In this document: positions 17,793 through 27,060 of the stretch, in pieces
How positions within the stretch are numbered: position 1 is the first letter of the stretch
How the letters are laid out: each line of letters begins with the position of its first letter
Source: Escherichia phage vB_EcoS_UALMA_PCEc3
DNA: 44,679 nucleotides
Sequence record: PQ314493
Direction: 5' to 3' (one strand)
The notes under the pieces: generated by a model
Databases searched by the model: none
Seen by the model: the letters and a program-made list of their open reading frames with translations, nothing else
What the model was told of the DNA's origin: nothing
Translations under genes and position numbers: made by a program

Positions 17793-18551
17793 ATGTTAAC
17801 ACCAAAAGTTAAACTGGAAATCTTCCAGCACGCAAAGGAAGTTTACCCTCATGAGTGCTGTGGGGTTGTTACCCAGAAGGGGCGGGCGCAGAAGTATCAC
17901 AGAATCAAAAATGCAAGCAAAGATCCTGAGAAAGAGTTCATCCTTGATTCAAATGAGTATGCAGATGTTCTCTTTGAGTTGGCTCACAATGAGTCAATTG
18001 TTTATGTAGTTCACTCTCATACAGGTGATGGAGCCACAACCAGGCCCAGCCCTGCGGATATTTGCAGCTGCAACGAGTGCGAGATTCCGTATGTTATCGT
18101 AAGCATACCAGAGGGAGATATGAGAATCATTGAACCATCAACCATGCCGCTGATTGGTCGCCCGTGGGGCCTTGGTAGCTTTGACTGCTGGGAGATAGTT
18201 ATGTCATTCCACAAGAAATATGGCGTCAAGCTGAATGACTACCGCGTTAATTACCCGTGGTGGGAGAAACGGTACAATGAAAATATCTATGACGACAATT
18301 GGATTAGGGAAGGATTTGTGATGGTAAAAACTTCAGATATCCCAATTGGCTCAATGATTATGATGCAAGTGCAAAGCGAGGTGACAAACCACGCCGGAAT
18401 CTATATTGGCAATAACAGATTCATCCACCATCTATATGGTAAAATGAGTTCCGTTGATATCTACTCCGATTACTGGCGCGAGCGCACGGTGCGAATAGTT
18501 CGCCACAAAGATTTACCAGAGGATGTAATTTATGACCCAGAAACTGATTGA
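17793..18551 (+). CDS. tail assembly protein (lambda gpK-like, MPN/JAMM + NlpC/P60)
   Basis: HSHTGDG...SPAD JAMM-like segment and DCWE...H Cys/His peptidase-like segment. Confidence 0.7.
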   Translation: MLTPKVKLEIFQHAKEVYPHECCGVVTQKGRAQKYHRIKNASKDPEKEFILDSNEYADVLFELAHNESIVYVVHSHTGDGATTRPSPADICSCNECEIPYVIVSIPEGDMRIIEPSTMPLIGRPWGLGSFDCWEIVMSFHKKYGVKLNDYRVNYPWWEKRYNENIYDDNWIREGFVMVKTSDIPIGSMIMMQVQSEVTNHAGIYIGNNRFIHHLYGKMSSVDIYSDYWRERTVRIVRHKDLPEDVIYDPETD

Positions 18552-19104
18552 TATTAAGTTAGGATTATCGCTAGGCCGCAAGTTTGGCAAGATTCACCAA
18601 ATGGCAGTGAGTAGCGTGCCCGAGGCAATGCGAGCGCTTTGCTCTCAGATTCCTGCATTCAAGGAGTTCATGAATAGCCACGTTGGGCAAAATACAAAGT
18701 ACGCGGTCTTTGTGGATGGTAAAAATGTGAACGAGCATCGAATCTCTGATTTTAGTGCCGTTCAGGAGATACGAATCTTACCAATTCCCCAGGGGCGTAA
18801 GTCTGGCGGTTTGTTTCAGACAATTCTAGGTGCCGCGCTTATCACGGTTGGTATCTTCACCGGGCAGATTTATCTTGTTGGCGCTGGTGTGTCTTTAGCG
18901 GCGGGTGGTATTGCTCAGCTACTATCGCCGCAAGCAACAGGACTGAAGACTCAGAACAACCAAACAAGCAATCGCGCATCATATGCATTCGGTTCCGCTG
19001 TAAACACGGTAGCTGCTGGTTATCCAGTCTGCCTACCATATGGCTACAGAACGGTTGGTGGCTCGGTATTTAGTGCCGGCAGCTACGCCGAAGACAATGC
19101 TTAA
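18532..19104 (+). CDS. tail assembly protein (lambda gpI-like)
   Basis: 190 aa, overlaps gpK-like end, hydrophobic C-terminal half. Confidence 0.5.
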   Translation: MTQKLIDIKLGLSLGRKFGKIHQMAVSSVPEAMRALCSQIPAFKEFMNSHVGQNTKYAVFVDGKNVNEHRISDFSAVQEIRILPIPQGRKSGGLFQTILGAALITVGIFTGQIYLVGAGVSLAAGGIAQLLSPQATGLKTQNNQTSNRASYAFGSAVNTVAAGYPVCLPYGYRTVGGSVFSAGSYAEDNA

Positions 19105-19111
19105 ATATCAT

Positions 19112-19135
19112 ACCCGCCTAGTGCGGGTTTTTTAT
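19112..19135 (+). terminator. rho-independent terminator
   Basis: hairpin cccgcctagtgcggg + T-run. Confidence 0.6.
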
Positions 19136-19145
19136 TTAGTGTAGA

Positions 19146-22100
19146 ATGGCACAAATGATCAAAACAAACATGGGGCTTTTTGATATGGCTGAAGAGATTA
19201 AGATTTATGGTGCTAAGGGTGGTAGCCAGAAGCAGCACCAACCAGTGGAACAAGAAGACAACCTGATTTCATTAAACAAGGTTAAGGTATTACTTGCTGT
19301 CGCTGACGGAGAGGTGGATTCAAACTTCTCAATGAAGGATTTATACCTTGCTGACGTTCCCGTGCAAAATCAGGATGGTAGCTACAACTATGAAGGTGTT
19401 CGCGCTGAGTTTCGAGCTGGTACTCAGTATCAGGACTATATCGCTGGCCTTGATGGTGCAAATTCAGAGATTCAGGCATCCAGAGAGATCACGAACGATA
19501 CCCCGTATATCATCGCGGTTAACAATACCCAGCTATCAGCAATTCGAGTTAAGCTATTTTGGCCTCGACTTGTTAAGCAAGAAAGCAACGGCGACCTGAA
19601 CGGAACAACCTGCGAGTATGCGATTGACCTTTCTGTTAATGGCGGTGCTTACCAGGAATACACTCGCGGAGTTGCTAACGGGAAGACAACCACAGGTTAC
19701 GACCGCAGCATTCGTGTAAACCTCCCTGCTGAATTTGATAGCGCATTGGTTCGCATCCGCAAGATTACACCCGATTCAACAATCAGTACGCTGGTAAATG
19801 GTATGCAGATTACAACCTATCAGGAAGTAATCGACGCCAAATTCCGCTACCCGCTTACAGCGCTTGTTTATGTTGAGTTCGGCTCCGACTTGTTCCCCAA
19901 CGGAATCCCAACAATCTCAATCAAGAAGCGATGGAAGTTAATTCAGGTCCCAACGAACTATGATCCTGAGACTAGAACCTACAGCGGCACGTGGAATGGC
20001 CTGTTCAAGATTGCATGGTCAAACAACCCGGCGTGGGTTCTCTATGACTTAGTGACAAACCGCCGATATGGTCTTGATCAGCGAGAGCTTGGTGTAGAGA
20101 TTGATAAATGGGGACTGTATGAAGCTGCGCAATTCTGCGACCAGATGGTGCCGGATGGTAAGGGTGGAATGGAACCTCGATATCTATGCGACATGGTTGT
20201 ACAGAACAAGGTTGAGGCCTACACACTAATTCGTGACATTTGCTCAATCTTTCGTGGACTGACTTTCTATGATGGAGAAAAGATTGGTATCGTGGTTGAT
20301 AAACCTCGCAATCCATCTTACATCTTCACTAATGATAACGTTGTAAACGGATTATTCAGCCGCACTTTTGCCAGCGATAAAAGCCTTTACACTACGGCAA
20401 ACGTTCAGTTTGATGATGTGGAGAACAACTATCAGCAGGATGTTGAGCCAGTATTTGAGCTCGAGGCTACTCGCCGATTTGGTTTTAACCCGGTCGACCT
20501 AACGGCAATTGGATGTACGCGAAGAAGTGAAGCAAACAGACGCGGAAGATGGCTACTGAAAACCAACCTGAGAAGCGAAACTATCAGCTTCACTACCGGG
20601 TTGGAAGGCATGATTCCGATGATTGGTGAGGTTATTGCGGTTAATGACGCTGCATGGTCGAGCAACTACCAGTTAAACCTTTCCGGTCGTATTGAATCAG
20701 TTCAGGGATTGCAGGTTTTCACCCCGTTCAAAGTTGACGCGGCACCGGGTGACAGAATTCTTCTGAACAAGCCTGACGGAAGCCCGGAAGCAAGAACTAT
20801 CGCCAGCGTTTCGGAAGATGGTAGAACTATCAACCTGAATACTGCTTTTAGTTTTGTAGCTCAGCCTGACACTGTATTCGCAATCGATAAGGATAATCTG
20901 GCGCTTCAGCAGTATGTTGTGACAGGGATTCAAAAAGCAGATTCTGATGGTTCGGATTCATTCCAGTATACGATTACCGCGGTGGAGTATGACCCGAACA
21001 AGTATGACGAGATTGACTACGGCGTTAACATTGTTGACCGTCCAACTTCAATTGTGGAACCTGACAGATTATCGCCACCAGAAAACCTGACCGTGTCAAG
21101 TTATAGTAAGGTTGTTCAGGGCTTGTCGGTTGAGACGATGGTTATCGGATGGGATAAGGCTCCATACGCTAAAACCTACAATGTTCAATGGAGGAAAGAA
21201 AATGGTAACTGGATTAACGTACCCAGAACAGCAAGTACAGAGGTTGATATCGAAGGTATTTACGCAGGAATCTATGACGTTAGGGTTCGCAGCGTATCAG
21301 ATACTGAAAACGTGTCTGCCTGGTCTGACATTGTAACTGTATCACTAACTGGCAAGATTGGTCGTCCCTCTGCACCTACGGTTATCACGGCATCAAATGA
21401 TGAAGTATTTGGTATCCGTGTTAAGTGGGGTTTCCCTTATGGCTCTGGCGATACTGCTTATACTGAACTTCAGCAGGTTCCTGATAATGGTGACGGTACT
21501 TACAATCCTGACAATGCAAGTTTGCTTACATTACTTCCGTATCCAGCTTATGAATACTGGCACACGCCAATTCAGCCAGGTAAGGTTATCTGGTATCGGG
21601 CGAGACTGATTGACAGAATCGGAAATACGTCTGATTGGTCTAATTTCTCAAGAGGCATGAGTACTGACGACGCCAACATTATCAATGATTACATCAAGGT
21701 TGATATTGAGGGTTCTGAAGGATTCAAATACCTCGAGCAGAATGCGATTCAAAAGAATCAGGACATTCAGAATCAGGCAGAGTCAATTCTTGAGAACGCA
21801 TTAGCTAATGATACTGATGTTCGCCGCATGACTAAGGAGAATGGCAAACGTAAGGCTGAATATGTTCAGGCGGTGAATCTCATAGCTGATGAAACTCAGG
21901 CGCGTGTAGAAGCTCTAACGCAGCTTAAGGCGCAAATTGATGATGAGGTCGTTGCATCAATTACTGAAGTTCAGACAGCGTTAGCAACCGAGACGGAGGC
22001 AAGAACTACCTCCGACACTCAGCTATCAGCAAGAATTGGTGATAACGAGGCAGCGTTAAACCAGAAGCTGGACGCTTTTGCTAACGCCACATCGACTGGC

Positions 22101-22571
22101 GTACAGTACGGGATTAGCCTTGGCCTGAAATACAATGGGCAGACTTATTCATCCGGGATGAGCATGGAGCTTGTTGGCACCGGTGGGAATGTTCGCAGCC
22201 AGTTCATTTTTGACGCAAACAGATTCGCGATCAGTAACGGCATTGGCTCTGGTTCCGGTCAGTGGCAGCTCCCCTTCGTTGTCGAGAACGGAAACGTAAT
22301 CATCCAGAGCGCAGTTATCGGTGATGGTTCAATCAGCAACGCGAAGATTGGTAACTTTATTCAGTCGAATAACTATGTGGCAGGAACTACGGGTTGGAGG
22401 ATTGATAAATCAGGAAGTGCAGAGTTAAGCAACGCCACTGTAAGAGGTAATCTTTACGCTAACAATGGCAACTTCGCATTTAACGGAACCAATAACACGG
22501 TTCAGATTAACAATAACGGAATCACTGTAAACTTACCGAACGGAGGAAGAGTGGTAGTTGGAGTGTGGTAA
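19146..22571 (+). CDS. central tail fiber / host specificity protein (lambda gpJ-like)
   Basis: 1141 aa, position after K/I-like genes. Confidence 0.75.
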   Translation: MAQMIKTNMGLFDMAEEIKIYGAKGGSQKQHQPVEQEDNLISLNKVKVLLAVADGEVDSNFSMKDLYLADVPVQNQDGSYNYEGVRAEFRAGTQYQDYIAGLDGANSEIQASREITNDTPYIIAVNNTQLSAIRVKLFWPRLVKQESNGDLNGTTCEYAIDLSVNGGAYQEYTRGVANGKTTTGYDRSIRVNLPAEFDSALVRIRKITPDSTISTLVNGMQITTYQEVIDAKFRYPLTALVYVEFGSDLFPNGIPTISIKKRWKLIQVPTNYDPETRTYSGTWNGLFKIAWSNNPAWVLYDLVTNRRYGLDQRELGVEIDKWGLYEAAQFCDQMVPDGKGGMEPRYLCDMVVQNKVEAYTLIRDICSIFRGLTFYDGEKIGIVVDKPRNPSYIFTNDNVVNGLFSRTFASDKSLYTTANVQFDDVENNYQQDVEPVFELEATRRFGFNPVDLTAIGCTRRSEANRRGRWLLKTNLRSETISFTTGLEGMIPMIGEVIAVNDAAWSSNYQLNLSGRIESVQGLQVFTPFKVDAAPGDRILLNKPDGSPEARTIASVSEDGRTINLNTAFSFVAQPDTVFAIDKDNLALQQYVVTGIQKADSDGSDSFQYTITAVEYDPNKYDEIDYGVNIVDRPTSIVEPDRLSPPENLTVSSYSKVVQGLSVETMVIGWDKAPYAKTYNVQWRKENGNWINVPRTASTEVDIEGIYAGIYDVRVRSVSDTENVSAWSDIVTVSLTGKIGRPSAPTVITASNDEVFGIRVKWGFPYGSGDTAYTELQQVPDNGDGTYNPDNASLLTLLPYPAYEYWHTPIQPGKVIWYRARLIDRIGNTSDWSNFSRGMSTDDANIINDYIKVDIEGSEGFKYLEQNAIQKNQDIQNQAESILENALANDTDVRRMTKENGKRKAEYVQAVNLIADETQARVEALTQLKAQIDDEVVASITEVQTALATETEARTTSDTQLSARIGDNEAALNQKLDAFANATSTGVQYGISLGLKYNGQTYSSGMSMELVGTGGNVRSQFIFDANRFAISNGIGSGSGQWQLPFVVENGNVIIQSAVIGDGSISNAKIGNFIQSNNYVAGTTGWRIDKSGSAELSNATVRGNLYANNGNFAFNGTNNTVQINNNGITVNLPNGGRVVVGVW

Positions 22572-22577
22572 TAAATA

Positions 22578-22605
22578 AAGCCCCTTAATTGGGGCTTTTC
22601 TTTTA
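22578..22605. terminator. bidirectional terminator between gpJ-like (+) and minus-strand operon
   Basis: hairpin agccccttaattggggct flanked by A-run and T-run. Confidence 0.55.
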
Positions 22606-23565
22606 GTAGAAGTTTGGGATAAATGGAAGTGCCATTGATATGTTCGTGTCGAAAGGAAACTGAGCGCCAGTCTGAGTTGAGTAGTTACCTATTACAGAAC
22701 CAGGAACAGCCCTAACAGAGCCTCCAGACATGCAAACCCCCTTGTACCTTAAGTTGTTATAACCTCCAGTAACTCTAGTAGTGGCGCCGCATCTAAGAAG
22801 CGGGAAGAATCCACCATTTATTGACTGGTATCCATTATTGATCTGAATGAATCCACCAAGAACAAATGGGCGGCGAACACTTGAAAAAACAATCTGACCA
22901 GAGCTATTTGACATTGTGAGTCCAGGCCCGGCCGGTGGGGGTTCATTCCTGAATATCACCAGCTGAACATAAGTGCTTGCCGCAACATCATCTGTACCTC
23001 CGTAGGTTATATCCCTACACCATATTGTTGATCCATCTGATTCAAGTGATACGTTTGGATTATCCCACTTGCCGAATGGTATGCCGCTAACTGGTAGTGA
23101 TGCTGATCCGTTAACCTGAATACCACCAACCCATGCCGCAGACATTAGTCTTGAGTTGCTTGATATTGCCAGAAAGTCAGTTGAATTCTCAACAAGTATT
23201 CCAGGACTTGATGAAGATGAAGCTGGTAGTATCTCAAAGCAGTTCCCAGTAAAGTCAATTATTCGACCCTTGGCTCCGTTGAAGTTACTAAGTGTTATCC
23301 TGCCAGTTCCGTCATTAACCTTTTGGAATCCGTTCATATAATAAACTTCAGGTACAACATCGTAAGCATCAACGTGGACTGCCTTCGTTGGTAGGCAGAA
23401 AGCCGTAGAGCCAGGTGACATTATCAATCCAAAATCCCACGAACTTGCCGGAGTTGAAAGCCCATTGGTGTTTATTGAACCGGTCACTGCTGGTGCCCTT
23501 AATCCCGCAGTAATCTCCATTGCCGGCCTTCCATCATTCAAGTCTATCAGAATACCCTGAGGCAT
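22603..23565 (-). CDS. Gly/Ser/Thr-rich protein, possible receptor-binding/tail-associated protein
   Basis: ATG at 23565 after RBS aaggag, TAATG overlap with upstream lipoprotein gene; function is inference from context. Confidence 0.35.
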   Translation of the reverse strand: MPQGILIDLNDGRPAMEITAGLRAPAVTGSINTNGLSTPASSWDFGLIMSPGSTAFCLPTKAVHVDAYDVVPEVYYMNGFQKVNDGTGRITLSNFNGAKGRIIDFTGNCFEILPASSSSSPGILVENSTDFLAISSNSRLMSAAWVGGIQVNGSASLPVSGIPFGKWDNPNVSLESDGSTIWCRDITYGGTDDVAASTYVQLVIFRNEPPPAGPGLTMSNSSGQIVFSSVRRPFVLGGFIQINNGYQSINGGFFPLLRCGATTRVTGGYNNLRYKGVCMSGGSVRAVPGSVIGNYSTQTGAQFPFDTNISMALPFIPNFY

Positions 23566-23810
23566 TATTTCCACTCCTTACTTCCGTGATCTGCAACTGA
23601 GCCACCGTAACCTCCTCCAGCCTTGCTTTCAATTCCGGCGTAACGAATATCTACATCACCAGCAGGAACTACTGCGCCACCCTTCCATTTAGCAACGCAC
23701 ACGCCGTTTGCTTGCGTTGCGCACCAACCATCAGGGCGAGGACCAGAGGAACAACCTACCATCATGATTGCTGTCGCCGCGATGATTGAAAGTTTGATTA
23801 AGTTAGTCAT
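23565..23810 (-). CDS. Cor/Llp-like lipoprotein (putative superinfection exclusion)
   Basis: signal peptide with lipobox-like MVGC followed by SS; 81 aa; location next to tail fiber genes as for cor/llp. Confidence 0.5.
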   Translation of the reverse strand: MTNLIKLSIIAATAIMMVGCSSGPRPDGWCATQANGVCVAKWKGGAVVPAGDVDIRYAGIESKAGGGYGGSVADHGSKEWK

Positions 23811-23874
23811 TTTGAATTCCTCATTAAGTTGTTTCGTTTCGATGGAGTAATAGTACCGTATCCTTGCGATCAGT

Positions 23875-23895
23875 GTTTAGCAATTAGTGCTATTC
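23875..23895 (-). promoter_or_regulatory. palindromic box copy (minus orientation) upstream of Cor-like gene
   Basis: minus-sense gaatagcactaattgctaaac; -10-like TACTAT and leader ccatcgaaacgaaac follow. Confidence 0.55.
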
Positions 23896-24137
23896 AACCA
23901 TCTGTTATATTTATCCCTCTCATTGATTGCCTTTTCAAGTGACTTGAATCTTAAAAGTAGATGCATGCAGTCAACACCCATAGTTAAGGATTCGTCACAG
24001 CTACTAGCACCTGTCAGCCAAAGTGAGAAGTATTGTTGATCAAGGCCGTAGTTCCTGTCTTTATTAACTCTAACGCTAACAACTTTAAATTCTAAACCAG
24101 CCAGCTTAACCTTATCTATAAATTCTGACTTATTCAT
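23877..24137 (-). CDS. hypothetical protein (C-terminus NSTNC encoded by box)
   Basis: track ORF 23877..24182; likely start at ATG 24137 after RBS aaaagggga; TAA stop inside box copy. Confidence 0.4.
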   Translation of the reverse strand: MNKSEFIDKVKLAGLEFKVVSVRVNKDRNYGLDQQYFSLWLTGASSCDESLTMGVDCMHLLLRFKSLEKAINERDKYNRWLNSTNC

Positions 24138-24190
24138 CTTGTTTCCCCTTTTGAGTTTACCTGGAAATAGTACATCACCCATGAGCTTTT

Positions 24191-24213
24191 TCTTTAGCTA
24201 TTTGTGCTATTGC
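24191..24213 (-). promoter_or_regulatory. box variant (minus orientation)
   Basis: minus-sense aatagcacaaatagctaaag. Confidence 0.45.
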
Positions 24214-24299
24214 ATACACGTAACCGATGTAACTCTATGTATACAATCTCATCCGCGGAAAATGATATACGCGCTGTTACGCCAATTTACGCATTGGTT

Positions 24300-24530
24300 A
24301 CATTAAAATATCTATATATATCAACCTTTTACTCTTATTATTATTATTATATATATTATTATGTATATCGTGTAACTACTTCTATAGAGTGTTCCGGTTA
24401 TAATTTTAATATCATGTGGATTTATACAGTATATAGCAACCAACATAGCAACGCACCATCCGCAATAAATGATATACACGATATACACGATGGTTACATT
24501 GAGCTATAGCTGGGCTTGGATGCCAAGAAG
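24300..24530. repeat. AT-rich intergenic repeat region A (TTA-repeat tract, GTTACGC-type iterons, AGCTATAGCT palindrome)
   Basis: shares ~40-nt and ~30-nt blocks with region 42660-42885. Confidence 0.5.
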
Positions 24531-24671
24531 CGTAACAGGTGCTAATGTCCACACGTAATTACAATGATTCACGCGTAAGTTGAATCAACGATTGGTAAAA
24601 CCAATTGGACTTGTTACGGTGTCGAATATATAGTTAACCCATAGAAAGCAAGCAACCAGAGAGATATAGAA

Positions 24672-24866
24672 ATGACCTACTACATTATCAAAGAGAAAAA
24701 CAATGCACTGTTCGGCGACTGCTACTTTGGCGGGCCTGCTGGATACACCACAGATAAGAATGAGGCAGACCGATTCGATACCAAAGAAGAAGCCCGAGAT
24801 GTTCTGACCGGGTACTTCACTGAGGAAGATTTGAAGTCTGTTAAAGTGGTTAAGGTCAAGGGGTAA
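24672..24866 (+). CDS. hypothetical protein (64 aa)
   Basis: ORF from track, first gene of plus-strand recombination operon. Confidence 0.45.
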   Translation: MTYYIIKEKNNALFGDCYFGGPAGYTTDKNEADRFDTKEEARDVLTGYFTEEDLKSVKVVKVKG

Positions 24867-24869
24867 GTT

Positions 24870-25835
24870 ATGAGCTTTACTGTTTACACACGAGAAGAAC
24901 TATCAAACTCTGAGTACCACTCTGAGACTGATCACATCTCCGGTAGCTCGCTTGTCGAGATTATCCATGGTTCGCCAGCTAAGTGGAAATTCAAACAGCG
25001 CAATAATGATAGTAAGGCTCTTAAATTTGGCACGCTGTCACATACTTACATCCTAGAAGGTGACATGTTTGATAAAGAATTCCTTCGAGCCACAGACCTT
25101 GACGCGATTGAAGGCTTAATTACAAGCCAGACCGGATTATCGGCAGCGCTGAAAAAAGTTGGCGTTGCTGGCACGTCTGGGAAGGGCTATAGCGAACTTG
25201 TAGAGATGATGTATCGCTCCGGTGAGGATTGGCCTGTTAAGTGGCTAATTGAACAGCAGGAGAGTGCTCAGGCGCTTGTGGAGGGTAGGGAGCTAGTTAG
25301 CGCGGCAGACTATGACAAAGTGGTGGCGATGCGTGAGGTTCTTTGTAATATTCCAGCATATAATGCAATAGTGAACAGCGAGACAGCGCAGAAAGAGCTA
25401 TCAATCTTTGGTGAGATTCTCGGCGTCGGCGTGAAGATTCGAATTGACCACGTTGATGTTGTTGATGGTGTGGTGTGTATTACCGATCTGAAAACGACAG
25501 CCAGCGCATCACCTCAGGAGTTTGGGAGACTTGCATTCAAGCATGGGTATCTTGCAAAAATGGCTCTACAGCACGATGTTTTTGTTATGGCTTTTAATGA
25601 AAAAAGAAAAACAAAAGTAAGGCTACTTGCAATCGAGAAAGAGGAGCCTTACCTACCAATGCTTTACAGCATTACAGAAGAGCAACTGAAGGTTGGTCGC
25701 AGAATGTATTTAGAGGCGCTTGCCACTTACAAAAAGTGCAAAGAGAATGATGTGTGGCCCGGTTATGCAATGGGCGCAACAGAGATCGACCTAGATGTTC
25801 CTGAGTGGGATATGAGGAAGTATAAAGAAATTTAA
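24870..25835 (+). CDS. PD-(D/E)XK recombination exonuclease (RecE/YqaJ-like, putative)
   Basis: nuclease-like D...ITDLKT motif; adjacent to Erf-like and SSB genes. Confidence 0.55.
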   Translation: MSFTVYTREELSNSEYHSETDHISGSSLVEIIHGSPAKWKFKQRNNDSKALKFGTLSHTYILEGDMFDKEFLRATDLDAIEGLITSQTGLSAALKKVGVAGTSGKGYSELVEMMYRSGEDWPVKWLIEQQESAQALVEGRELVSAADYDKVVAMREVLCNIPAYNAIVNSETAQKELSIFGEILGVGVKIRIDHVDVVDGVVCITDLKTTASASPQEFGRLAFKHGYLAKMALQHDVFVMAFNEKRKTKVRLLAIEKEEPYLPMLYSITEEQLKVGRRMYLEALATYKKCKENDVWPGYAMGATEIDLDVPEWDMRKYKEI

Positions 25836-25854
25836 ATAGCACGAATCGCTAAAG
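25834..25854 (+). promoter_or_regulatory. palindromic box copy; -10 TATGAT ~25874-25879
   Basis: aaatagcacgaatcgctaaag. Confidence 0.55.
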
Positions 25855-25908
25855 ACAAAATTAAAAGGTGGGGTATGATTACCCCATCAACAACGAACGA
25901 GGTTAAAG

Positions 25909-26559
25909 ATGCAAATTTCAGAATCATGCAAATCAATTTTAAACGCGCTACACACTGCCAAGTCGCTATTTGCGAAGGCTGAAAAGTCGAAGCAGAACTC
26001 GCACCTTAAGAATAAATACGCCACCCTAGAGGATGTTTTGGCTGCCGTTGAGCCTGGACTGGATGAGTGCGGGCTGGTGATGTTCCAGAGTGTGCTTGAT
26101 GACGAACAAACAAACCGCATGAAGGTTGAGACAAAGCTGTTCCATGCGGAGTCGGGCGAATGGGTTAGCTTCTTAATGATTGTCCCAATCAGCAAGAATG
26201 ATGCTCAGGGTTACGGCTCAGCTTTAACATACGCTCGACGTTATGGAATCACGGCGGCATTAGGACTTAGCCAGGCAGATGATGATGGCAATCTGGCAGC
26301 TAAGGGTGTTAAAGACTTCAAGCGAGAACTTGAGAAGTGCAATACGCTCGATGAGCTTCGCAATGTCTGGAAAGAAGCTAAGCAGTCACTCGACGCGGCA
26401 GGGTGGAAGGTCTTTGAGCCTCACATTATCGAGCGCAAGGCGGAGATTGAAGCAAATGCGATGACTGGCTTCAACCCGGCAACACCAAAGAAAGTTGCAG
26501 AAAAAAGTAGTCCTGAAGAAAAGATTGAAGTAGAATCACAACAAATCGACACATTCTAA
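25909..26559 (+). CDS. Erf-like single-strand annealing protein (putative)
   Basis: N-terminal segment KNKYATLEDVLAAV resembles ERF family; context between exonuclease and SSB. Confidence 0.5.
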   Translation: MQISESCKSILNALHTAKSLFAKAEKSKQNSHLKNKYATLEDVLAAVEPGLDECGLVMFQSVLDDEQTNRMKVETKLFHAESGEWVSFLMIVPISKNDAQGYGSALTYARRYGITAALGLSQADDDGNLAAKGVKDFKRELEKCNTLDELRNVWKEAKQSLDAAGWKVFEPHIIERKAEIEANAMTGFNPATPKKVAEKSSPEEKIEVESQQIDTF

Positions 26560-26601
26560 TTTAAGAGGGGCATCGGCCCCAACAAAAAAGAGAGATAAAA
26601 T

Positions 26602-27030
26602 ATGCACGTAATTACTGGTCAGATTCGCCGCGCTCCGTTCACTAAAGAAGGCGCAAACGCCAATGGTACATGGAAAATGTTTGCGGTTGACTTAAGTGAA
26701 CGATACAAGGATAAAGATGGGCAAAATCAGTACACCAACTATCGTGCCGTTTTTTTCGCTAAAGAGTCAATGCTAGATTGGTACAATGAGGCATTTCAAG
26801 AAGGTAAAGTTGTTAGCGTTAGTGCTGAAAGCATTGCTGTAGATGTTCGAGATAAAGATGGCAAGACTTATGTGACTATCAACATGAATAACCCTAGGCT
26901 TGAATTTAGTCAGCGTGGTGATGCGGCACCACAACAGAAGCAAAGACAACAACAGCAAGCCCAGCAACAGCAGCGTCAACAACAGCAACCTCAGCAGCAA
27001 CAGAACTTCGAGGACGACATTCCCTTCTAA
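26602..27030 (+). CDS. ssb: single-stranded DNA-binding protein
   Basis: OB-fold-sized N-terminal domain, Gln-rich linker, acidic C-terminal tail ending DDIPF. Confidence 0.8.
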   Translation: MHVITGQIRRAPFTKEGANANGTWKMFAVDLSERYKDKDGQNQYTNYRAVFFAKESMLDWYNEAFQEGKVVSVSAESIAVDVRDKDGKTYVTINMNNPRLEFSQRGDAAPQQKQRQQQQAQQQQRQQQQPQQQQNFEDDIPF

Positions 27031-27060
27031 AGAAAAGGCCCCTTTCGGGGCCTTTTTTAT
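27031..27060. terminator. bidirectional rho-independent terminator
   Basis: hairpin aggcccctttcggggcct flanked by A-run and T-run; convergent genes on both sides. Confidence 0.7.

Noticed and set aside
24204-24509. ORF of 101 aa rich in Tyr/Ile running through the AT-rich repeat region
   Set aside because: Low-complexity translation of (TTA)n/AT-rich DNA; it and ORF 42658..42864 both end in HIEL only because they read through the shared acattgagctatag repeat; no RBS; treated as non-coding.
26560-26585. Hairpin ggggcatcggcccc after the Erf-like gene as a terminator
   Set aside because: No T-run follows in either transcript sense; likely just a stable hairpin or processing site, not a canonical intrinsic terminator.
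26773-27000. Minus-strand poly-Leu ORF
   Set aside because: Antisense of the (CAG/CAA)n Gln-rich SSB linker; low-complexity artefact.
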